The notes beneath the pieces are model-generated. The model saw nothing but the letters and a program-made list of their open reading frames with translations. It was not told the DNA's origin and ran no database searches. From positions 395,081 to 459,080 of the forward strand of contig CALSRB010000002.1 in NCBI GenBank assembly GCA_943788655.1: 64,000 nt of DNA. The letters are read 5' to 3'. This document shows positions 27,150-35,025 of this stretch, piece by piece. The translations under genes and the position numbers were made by a program. This DNA is from Candidatus Poseidoniaceae archaeon. Lineage in GTDB: Archaea > Thermoplasmatota > Poseidoniia > Poseidoniales > Poseidoniaceae. Positions within the stretch are counted from its first letter, which is position 1. The number at the start of each line of letters is the position of its first letter.

Positions 27150-28619
27150 TCAATTATACGCTTTACATTGGTCACAATACCATCTTCGATATTGAGAAAT
27201 GTACCGGGATACGCCACCGCATAACTTGCACGATTGCTTTTCTGGGGGCGATGGTTGTCCTGGATTATTTTTCGTTGCATCCCCAGAAATCAGGTCACCT
27301 TGAACAAACGTCATGTCACCGTTAGCCTCCCCTGCCCTGTCTAAGAATTGTTGGGCAGTCTGTTGCTTAAGCAGTTCTTTTTGTTGCTGCGTTTCTTGTT
27401 CAATATTTGTTCTCTGGGTAATAGCCTGCTGTTCGATGAGAGTCTGAAGCATTCCCGCAATATCTGATGAACCTTGCTTTCCAGAACTTATAGCCTTCAT
27501 TGCCTGCTGCATGAGTTCGGCCTGATTGCTTGCATCTATCTGGGTTCGGTCAAGTTGCTGTGTTTTCATCGTTCTTGATTTATCCATTTGAGATGACTGT
27601 AGTTCATCCCGCATTTGTTGTTGTTGAATCAGGAATTCTCGTTCCTGTCCAGTTGTATCTCCACTTTTGAAGCGACGTTCAAGTTCCTTATCGGCAACTT
27701 CTTGTTCCATCAGCATTTTTTGTCTTTTCGTATTTAGATCGTGGGTATGAGTACGAACTCTTTGCTCAAATTGAGATTCAAATTCGAGTTGCTTCATTTT
27801 GATTTCAGAGAGTTGATGTTGAATCGCAACGTCATCCTCTCCTTTGGCAATGACAAGTTGTGACTCAGCCTCGAGTTCCAGTTCTTTGTGAATCAGTTGG
27901 TATTTATCCTCGAGAGCAAAAATCATTGCATCTTGCTCAATTTGTTCAACACCCCTTTCTAAATTCAACTGACCCCGCATTTGTTGCACTTTGTCGTGTG
28001 CATTTGGACTAAAAACGATTTGATTTTGACGGAATGTCAACCCAAATTCTGCATGCGTTCTTCTCATGTTTGTGAGTAATTTATCCCGAATGTTCATTTG
28101 GATTTCTTCTGATGTACGAATCTCAGATAAATTATGTTTGCCAATTTCATCTTGCAGCACTTTGTTTCCGACTTCATCAATTAACATGGAAGCAAGTGTA
28201 GATCGTGTTAGATACGCTGAATTCTCATTGTCCAGAGGGTTTAGTGGTACATTTGCGAATAGGTTCACTAATCTTGGAGCATCTGTTAATTGAATTTGCA
28301 TTTCCAAGGTTACCGCACCCTTCACTTCCATAGCGTCGAGTGATCTGCAGTCGAATTCATAATGAAGTTTAAACGGGGTGTTGATTGTAAAAATGAACTT
28401 CTCTTCGGGTTTTCTACCAAAAAAGAGTTTTTTACCAATCCCACCAACAATTTTACTCAGCCTCTGTTCCGTGTAGGTGTCTACGATCTTACCGTCTTGC
28501 AATATCGTCAGTGATTCTGTTGATTCCAACACAATATCTCTGGAACGGAAAGACGAAATTGATGCTGTTTGAATTAAGCTTGCGATTGCCTCAGGGTTTG
28601 TTCTCCACTTGTATGTCAT
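27150..28619 (-). CDS. Islet protein F: SPFH/band-7-like N-domain + long Q/E-rich coiled coil + C-terminal zinc ribbon
   Basis: HNLSEIRTSEEIQMNIRDKLLTNMRRTHAEFGLTFRQNQIV resembles the SPFH core; C-terminal CKLCGGVSRYISQYRRWYCDQCKAY; no TM. Confidence 0.45.
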   Translation of the reverse strand: MTYKWRTNPEAIASLIQTASISSFRSRDIVLESTESLTILQDGKIVDTYTEQRLSKIVGGIGKKLFFGRKPEEKFIFTINTPFKLHYEFDCRSLDAMEVKGAVTLEMQIQLTDAPRLVNLFANVPLNPLDNENSAYLTRSTLASMLIDEVGNKVLQDEIGKHNLSEIRTSEEIQMNIRDKLLTNMRRTHAEFGLTFRQNQIVFSPNAHDKVQQMRGQLNLERGVEQIEQDAMIFALEDKYQLIHKELELEAESQLVIAKGEDDVAIQHQLSEIKMKQLEFESQFEQRVRTHTHDLNTKRQKMLMEQEVADKELERRFKSGDTTGQEREFLIQQQQMRDELQSSQMDKSRTMKTQQLDRTQIDASNQAELMQQAMKAISSGKQGSSDIAGMLQTLIEQQAITQRTNIEQETQQQKELLKQQTAQQFLDRAGEANGDMTFVQGDLISGDATKNNPGQPSPPEKQSCKLCGGVSRYISQYRRWYCDQCKAYN

Positions 28620-28623
28620 TAAA

Positions 28624-29241
28624 TCACCTTAAATTAAAATAAATCGTTACTCCAATTGCGAGTAAGGATATTAATAACGATGCAATCTGGACCCACTTAA
28701 TTGACTTCTTCGATTTCTGACCTTGCACCACATCAAGCGGAACGCCATTGATGATTGCCCTTCTTGCGTTGTATTTGCTTCTGAATTGAGTAATCTGAGA
28801 GATGATTGCCTCAATTCCTGAGTAAGATTCTCGATCAGAAGAGTGCGATGTTTCAGAAATGGAGACCTGAATTTCTTTTACAATTTCAATTATATCCAAA
28901 TCTATCTGAACCAAATTCTCAATCGTTTTTTTATTGATTGATGATAATATGTCAATTTTCTTTGCCATAGTCCCTGTCGGAGATGTCCGCAACTCCGATT
29001 CAATCACATCAATTTCTGTCAAGAGTGTATCAAAATCAGCTTTCTTCTGCTTGTCATTTGAAGTAACGCGTAAAGACTCAATTGTTTTTCGGCAATTTGT
29101 CCACTCCAGACGGATATATTCTCGTAATTCCTTATCATCATCATTTGATGGTTTTTCAGAATATCCCATGTAAGTTGGAATAATTTTGGAAAGTTGCAAA
29201 AGCGCACTGGCGTTTGCTGCGGAGGGGATTGGTGGTTGCAC
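28624..29241 (-). CDS. Islet protein G: tail-anchored coiled-coil protein (single C-terminal TM)
   Basis: C-terminal WVQIASLLISLLAIGVTIYF; helical N-region; 4 nt downstream of the gene F stop codon (co-oriented pair). Confidence 0.45.
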   Translation of the reverse strand: MQPPIPSAANASALLQLSKIIPTYMGYSEKPSNDDDKELREYIRLEWTNCRKTIESLRVTSNDKQKKADFDTLLTEIDVIESELRTSPTGTMAKKIDILSSINKKTIENLVQIDLDIIEIVKEIQVSISETSHSSDRESYSGIEAIISQITQFRSKYNARRAIINGVPLDVVQGQKSKKSIKWVQIASLLISLLAIGVTIYFNLR

Positions 29242-29318
29242 ATGCGTGTTACACCCTGAAAGTATAACATCTTTTGGCCCTCATAAACGATATTTTGTAC
29301 CTCAATCACATGTACTTT

Positions 29319-29334
29319 AATCCCACAACGTCCA
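29319..29334 (+). repeat. attR-like direct repeat (copy of tRNA-Ala 3' end)
   Basis: aatcccacaacgtcca; GC content rises immediately downstream. Confidence 0.7.
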
Positions 29335-29491
29335 TTTCCCTGCTAAAACGGTGGACCCCACGTACGTTATTGATTCTCATAAAGCCCACTTCCATCAGAC
29401 AGAATCTAGATGAGGGCGTTGATGTTAGGCGCATGCACTGGACATCGAAACTGCAGCAAACTTAGGCGAGGCACTCAGCGGTCTTGCCATC

Positions 29492-29983
29492 ATGGCCACG
29501 CTGCTGTTCGGTCTTCGTCAAGTAATGGAAGTCAATCGCAATCGCCGATTTGAAATCTCCCAAACGATTGCCACATCATTGGAAAACCCCCTCGTTCAAC
29601 GAGGATTTGCCACCTTTGGGAGCGTCATCACAAAAGATTCCACGCTCGAAGATTTGATGGGCCTTACGAGGGAGCAAAAAGATGCAACCAATGCGGTCAT
29701 CGTTCTCATGTCGAACCATGCCTTGATGACGTTTCACAGGAATCTTTCATTTGACATCGTTTTTTCCTTCTACAAAGGATACCTCTCACTCATCGGACCT
29801 AGCATGCGACGGATGATGGAGATGATTGAATTTGGTTATTCCATGCACGAAGGGAGCAGTGTAACCAAAGAAGAGGGTATGGGCACGTTCCATTGGGTGT
29901 TTTGGTTACTTGACAAACTCGAGGCACATGAGAATTCATCGCAACTAAAACCCCACATCAACCAAACCGATTGGCAACCATGA
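29492..29983 (+). CDS. Hypothetical protein (possible N-terminal membrane anchor if the start is upstream at a non-ATG codon)
   Basis: 163-aa ORF outside the islet, host-like GC. Confidence 0.3.
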   Translation: MATLLFGLRQVMEVNRNRRFEISQTIATSLENPLVQRGFATFGSVITKDSTLEDLMGLTREQKDATNAVIVLMSNHALMTFHRNLSFDIVFSFYKGYLSLIGPSMRRMMEMIEFGYSMHEGSSVTKEEGMGTFHWVFWLLDKLEAHENSSQLKPHINQTDWQP

Positions 29984-30395
29984 ACGCATGACTTATTCAA
30001 GAGATCGAACTCTTTCCAAGCATAGCACCAAACGACTATGAGGCGTTGGTTTGGATTGCTTGGGGATTGGTACATTCCTTTTCTCAATACTGCTCCTCAT
30101 CGACACGAATGTACTCAAATCCGTTTCAGGGAATAAACGGTGCGACTGCGAAGAACAGAAGCAAAAGAAACGGCGAGAGCAACCTTGAACATCGATTCAA
30201 AGATACGAACGAATCCTGCTAAATCTGTAAAAGGAAGACTGAGAGGCATATCGGGGCCAGATGAAAATTCAAAATATCTATGTGTTCTTTCCGTTTCCCG
30301 ACACCTTGTGACCCCAGAACATACAAGAGAATATATTACAAGACCACTTGACCGAAGTCATACGACCTTAAACCGTCGTTATTCGGGGAATCATT

Positions 30396-32027
30396 ATGGT
30401 CAAATCCAATATTGAATCTTTGGTCGAAACAATCACAGAGGAGGTTAAGTCGAAATTCACGAGAACCATTGGATTGGTCGGTGTGATTATCATCTCACTC
30501 TCCGCCATGCTTCCTGGAATCTTTGTGACCCCAACTTTTGCAGCAGAGATCATGGGGCCTGGAATTTGGCTTGCCTATTTGGTCGCAGCTTCTGTGGTCC
30601 TTCCCGGTGCTCTGTCCAAGTCTGAGCTATCATCGGGAATGCCGTCGAGTGGAGGGTCGTATGTCTACTTAGAGCGCACGTATGGCCCGCTAATCGGGAC
30701 AATCAGCGGACTGGGTTTGTGGGCATCTTTCCTCCTTAAATCGGCCTTTTCCTTGATTGGCTTTTCTGCATACTTCATCGTTGTTACGACCTACTTCGAC
30801 ATAAAGATGGAATTGATGACACTCTCAATGAGCGCACTGGTGCTAATCGTTGTTGTGAACCTACTTGGCGTGTCGAAAGTCAAAGCAGTTCAAGCACCGA
30901 TTGTGTTCATGACCGTGGCTCTGCTTACGGTCATTTGCATTGCCTCATTCTTCACTGACGGCTTCGATGCCAGCATCCCCATCGATGGAGCGATGAATGC
31001 GAATGGGTGGGCACTTGCTGAAGCAGCAGCCTTTGTCTTCGTTGCCTATGCCGGCGTTACCAAGGTGGCTGCGATCGGTGGGGAAGTGAAAAATCCTGAG
31101 AAAAATTTGCCAGCTGGAATATTGCTTTCGTTGCTGATTGCAACAGTGCTCTACTCTGTAATTTCGTTCTTGATGATGGCAGCCATTCCAGGCGATGGAT
31201 GGTGGATCAGCCAAGATGGCAAGGTTGTGGAGAACCCAATTTGGGTCTTCGCTGAAACCGTTGCAGGATCGAAATTCGGTGTCGTTGCCGCTGCCCTTTC
31301 TGTTCTAACGATGATTTCGATGGCGCTTGCCGGTATTCTCGCTTCCTCAAGATTCCTGTTTGCAATGGCTCGTGACAACCTTCTTCCGCAAGCACTCGAG
31401 GAAGTGAATATAAAATTCGAGACCCCTCATTGGCCCATTCTCTTGACTGGAATCGCCATGGCGTTGGCAATTTTCTTTGTGCCTCTCAAGGACGTTGTCA
31501 AACTCGCTTCAGGTTTCAAAATCATGATTTTCATGATGATCAACTCATGCGTTATTATCCTCCGGCAAACGAGCAAAGAACATGATTGGAACCCATCCTA
31601 CAACAGTCCAATGTACCCCTACATCCAGTTGTGGGGAATCGTGGCGGGCGCAGTTCTCATCGCATTCATCGGCAACAAGGCCTTCATCGGTGCAGGTGCT
31701 GCAGTTGTTGCAGGAGCAGCCACATACTTCCTCTACGGCAAAAAGCACGCAGTTCTACAAACGACGCCAGTCGCTTCCTTCCGCAAGCAATTCCAATCGC
31801 CTTCTCCGACCGAGCACGAACGCCGAATAACTGCGTTCCATGCTGCTGACATGGGAGGTAAGAACCATTTGACCGTACGAGAATTCCAACGTGCTCTGAA
31901 AGCGCTCGGCCTCAGTTACACCTCCGATGAATCCCGTGCGATTTTCCATGCCGCAGATGCCGATTCGAACGGTGTAATTGACATTGATGAATTCTTCGAG
32001 TTCATTGAAACCACCAGCGAAGAATAG
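30396..32027 (+). CDS. APC-family amino acid permease fused to a C-terminal EF-hand pair
   Basis: 12 TM helices with APC-like composition; C-terminal DADSNGVIDIDEFFEF canonical EF-hand loop plus an upstream degenerate one. Confidence 0.7.
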   Translation: MVKSNIESLVETITEEVKSKFTRTIGLVGVIIISLSAMLPGIFVTPTFAAEIMGPGIWLAYLVAASVVLPGALSKSELSSGMPSSGGSYVYLERTYGPLIGTISGLGLWASFLLKSAFSLIGFSAYFIVVTTYFDIKMELMTLSMSALVLIVVVNLLGVSKVKAVQAPIVFMTVALLTVICIASFFTDGFDASIPIDGAMNANGWALAEAAAFVFVAYAGVTKVAAIGGEVKNPEKNLPAGILLSLLIATVLYSVISFLMMAAIPGDGWWISQDGKVVENPIWVFAETVAGSKFGVVAAALSVLTMISMALAGILASSRFLFAMARDNLLPQALEEVNIKFETPHWPILLTGIAMALAIFFVPLKDVVKLASGFKIMIFMMINSCVIILRQTSKEHDWNPSYNSPMYPYIQLWGIVAGAVLIAFIGNKAFIGAGAAVVAGAATYFLYGKKHAVLQTTPVASFRKQFQSPSPTEHERRITAFHAADMGGKNHLTVREFQRALKALGLSYTSDESRAIFHAADADSNGVIDIDEFFEFIETTSEE

Positions 32028-32349
32028 AGCCACCCCACATCCCTGAATGTATCAGCGCCTTAGTGGGCTTGGGCGTAGGCTTCACCAATGCCGAATTCTG
32101 AAGCATTTACCACTGCGCAGAGGAAGATGAAAGCGGCGTTATTGGCATTGATAAATTCCTCCTCACCGGTGAAACAATCGACGAAACATTGGTTTCAGAA
32201 GACGAAGAAGCCGAGTTCGATCCACTTCATGAGTGGATTGACAACCTCTGAACGAAAAGTATCGAACCACAACGGACTGGTCCAACAAACCATTGCTGCG
32301 AGAAGATACTCGATGCCGAGTGGTTCCTCTTGAGGGTAGAGGGTGGCCA

Positions 32350-35016
32350 TCACTTCACCTTCGTCCACGAACCATCTGGGCCAACATTCCAGAATTGTAT
32401 CGCTTCGCTGACATCGACATACCATCCGGATTCGCCTTGCACGGATCCAGGGGCGGCCTGCATCACACCGATTTCTGCTGCTTGAGCAGCCAGGCTTGTT
32501 TTCAGTTCAGGACTGAGGTCGATCATTGTGTCAGGTGAAGGCGTAGGATTGAGTGATTCTCCGGATGATGCGTCTGTCTCATCAACCTCATCTTCTGCGT
32601 CCTCATGCTCTTCTTCGAAGGCGTCTTCGACCCAGTCTTCCCCTTCTTCGGCATTGTTCACACGGCGTACGAGCACGACCAATGTAACCAAAATAAGACC
32701 AAGCAGGAACGAGCCAAGCGTCATAGCAGTGTTCGTCGAACCAACTGCTCCACCAAGAAGAACTGGTTCAACATCAAAGAATCGTTGCGTGATAAGTCCA
32801 TTCCAGTTCACAGTACAGGAACGGTCATCGCCAGCAGAACTGACTTTGACTTCCCATGTATCGCCTGTGACGTACTTCGCTTTTCCAGCACTGCAAGAAA
32901 TCGATGTGTTTTCAGGCTCGACAATCACGAGGTTGTCGTATTCATCAACGCCTTGCAGTTGCAGAAGCACCGTATCGCCCTGTGCAATATCAAAGCCGTC
33001 AAGTTCGGCCACCACCCGGACAGGCGTCCCCGGCAGGATGAGTAAGTCGATGGTGTGAACCGCATCATCAGAAGTCAACATCAATTGGTAAGAACCTGAT
33101 GTGCGTCCTGTGAAGTCCCAATATCCATTTCCTGACGAAGATGCTTCAATCACACCAAATGATGAATCCAATTCAGTGCTTACATTTGTTGCCGGCGCCA
33201 TGTTACCATGGGCATCGATCACTTGAATGTACAATTCAGAAGGTTGGCCGGCATTGACCGTGAGCCCGAGTTCCTGATCTGTGACCAAATTACGTGCTTC
33301 TCCGGCGACCACCGTGAGGCGAATTGTGGCAAAGATACCATCTGCGTTTGCACGGATTTCATGACCACCGACACTGGTTGGCATCCATAGGTAGTCTGAA
33401 AGAAGAAGTTCAACGGTTGCGTCCACCCCATCAACAGTCCAATTCAAACCGACTGGATCGAGTTGATTTCCAAAACCATCGAAGAACTGTGGGTCGAGAT
33501 CAAGTGGTACATCCGAGGCAAGAACTTCGTTCGCCCCGTTTAGTTCAATAAAAGCCAGTTGCCCAGTGAGGGTGCTTTGCTGAAAGGTGGGTTCGAAGCG
33601 AATGTTGGTGGAAGCATCGTACCAAGACCCTTCGATTCGCCAAATCTCGAGAAGGCGTGGTGAAAGGGTCGCATAACCTTCGTAGGATTGGAAATGACTT
33701 GCGTTTCCTCCGAGCAATGCCATGGACCCATTGACCAGCCATTTGTTCCCCATTGCATCCACTGCCCAGAACGAGAGGGTGCTTTGCTGTCCGACACGCA
33801 GGGTTGAGGGTTCGAGTTCAAGAACGGCGTCGATTGCTGTTCCATGATGAATTTCGACATCAAGAGACGAAGCCACGCCTTCATCGATGACATTCAATTG
33901 ATGAGACCCCATGGTGCCTGGCGTCCAATAGACTCGGCCATCTTCGAACGACAATCCGCCGCTTGAGGTCGTGAAGTTCTCCAAAGGTGGTGTGAAGGAA
34001 CCTGTGTAACCATTGGCATCGGTGCGCATGGTGATGAGTTCATAGGTCTCTCCAGCGGTGTAGAAGCTGTGGTCGCCAACAATCGACAATTGCGAGAGGG
34101 ATGCATCAGCGGGCACGACTCGGATGGTTGAGGTCCCAGTCACATTTCCAGCGCTGACGGTGAGGTTCCAGACCCCAGGATACGTCGCCGTGTATCGCCC
34201 AACGGGACTCATGGTTCCGTTTTCTGAGGACCATGTCTTGTAACCTGCATCGGTATCATTCATTTCAAATCCATACTGATCGATGAGTTTGACAGTCAGA
34301 TAGACAGATTCTCCGCTGCGAAGCTGGAGATTGTCTTCAAATTGGAATTCATAGGGGTTGCCTGCGACAACTTCCACCATGCGATTGTCTTCCATTTGGT
34401 TCAAACGAGCCCTGACTTGAACATCGCCAAGTTCGGTCGGGGTCCACTGGGGTGCTCCCACGCCAGCATAGACGCCGTCGACATCCCAGACAACATCAGT
34501 TGCTGGTTTTGAATTTCCACGCGCATCGATTAGGTTTGCTTCGAGGGTGTTTGCCACCTTCGCTTGTGCTTCGGAGGTCACGATGCTCAGGCTCTGTCCG
34601 ACACCGGCTTGAACAGTGATGTTGAACACATCCGTCAGGTTTCCGCTAAAGGCTTCGATGCTGATGGTCCCTGCGCTCCATGGATAGAAGGTTCCATCAC
34701 TGGTGATGGTTCCGTTCGAACAGGCCCAGTTCACTTCTTCAGAAACGACGTTGTTAACGGCGTCATACAGCGTTGCTTCAAACATCACAACCTCATCCGC
34801 CGTTAGTGAATACACTGGTGATGTAATGACAACCCTCGTTGCCGATGATGAACTGTGGAAAGGAGATGGTTGATCTCCATCCAATGATGATGCAGACGGC
34901 AGGGATTGCCAAGCTTGTGTGCAGAACAAAGCCACAAGAAGCAGGGTGGCCAGTGGCCGCATCCCCTGAAACGTAGGTCTCCTCATGCCGCTCCCTCTCA
35001 CATTAACCCGTATCAA
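32350..35016 (-). CDS. Giant cell-surface protein (888 aa): signal peptide, beta-rich repeats, C-terminal TM anchor, acidic cytoplasmic tail ending GWYVDVSEAIQFWNVGPDGSWTKVK
   Basis: Signal MRPLATLLLVALFCTQAWQ; TM LGSFLLGLILVTLVVLV followed by RRVNN; tail rich in E/D. Confidence 0.8.
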   Translation of the reverse strand: MIRVNVRGSGMRRPTFQGMRPLATLLLVALFCTQAWQSLPSASSLDGDQPSPFHSSSSATRVVITSPVYSLTADEVVMFEATLYDAVNNVVSEEVNWACSNGTITSDGTFYPWSAGTISIEAFSGNLTDVFNITVQAGVGQSLSIVTSEAQAKVANTLEANLIDARGNSKPATDVVWDVDGVYAGVGAPQWTPTELGDVQVRARLNQMEDNRMVEVVAGNPYEFQFEDNLQLRSGESVYLTVKLIDQYGFEMNDTDAGYKTWSSENGTMSPVGRYTATYPGVWNLTVSAGNVTGTSTIRVVPADASLSQLSIVGDHSFYTAGETYELITMRTDANGYTGSFTPPLENFTTSSGGLSFEDGRVYWTPGTMGSHQLNVIDEGVASSLDVEIHHGTAIDAVLELEPSTLRVGQQSTLSFWAVDAMGNKWLVNGSMALLGGNASHFQSYEGYATLSPRLLEIWRIEGSWYDASTNIRFEPTFQQSTLTGQLAFIELNGANEVLASDVPLDLDPQFFDGFGNQLDPVGLNWTVDGVDATVELLLSDYLWMPTSVGGHEIRANADGIFATIRLTVVAGEARNLVTDQELGLTVNAGQPSELYIQVIDAHGNMAPATNVSTELDSSFGVIEASSSGNGYWDFTGRTSGSYQLMLTSDDAVHTIDLLILPGTPVRVVAELDGFDIAQGDTVLLQLQGVDEYDNLVIVEPENTSISCSAGKAKYVTGDTWEVKVSSAGDDRSCTVNWNGLITQRFFDVEPVLLGGAVGSTNTAMTLGSFLLGLILVTLVVLVRRVNNAEEGEDWVEDAFEEEHEDAEDEVDETDASSGESLNPTPSPDTMIDLSPELKTSLAAQAAEIGVMQAAPGSVQGESGWYVDVSEAIQFWNVGPDGSWTKVK

Positions 35017-35025
35017 AGCCGCGCC

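Larger units (their letters stand above)
23107..29334. mobile_element. About 6.2-kb low-GC integrated islet at the tRNA-Ala 3' end, flanked by a 16-bp direct repeat; no integrase detected
   Basis: Perfect repeat aatcccacaacgtcca at 23107-23122 (inside the tRNA) and 29319-29334. GC drops to about 40% between the repeats and returns to about 50% immediately outside. The gene set is unrelated to flanking housekeeping genes. Confidence 0.65.

Noticed and set aside
26634-27153. Alternative-frame and antisense ORFs across the 33-bp repeats (26700..26945 +, 26634..26933 -, 26665..27153 -) and the possibility of a CRISPR array
   Set aside because: The repeats are contiguous with no spacers and sit in-frame inside gene E, whose N- and C-terminal parts (Zn ribbon, WW-like tail) make biological sense. 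The other frames give low-complexity Cys/His/Lys or Gly/Ser repeats with no flanking domains.
30140-30415. 91-aa ORF in the long 5' region of the APC transporter
   Set aside because: Basic, Arg-rich and low-complexity with no motif; probably non-coding leader or promoter DNA. The region is noted as long (about 410 nt) but no structure was found.
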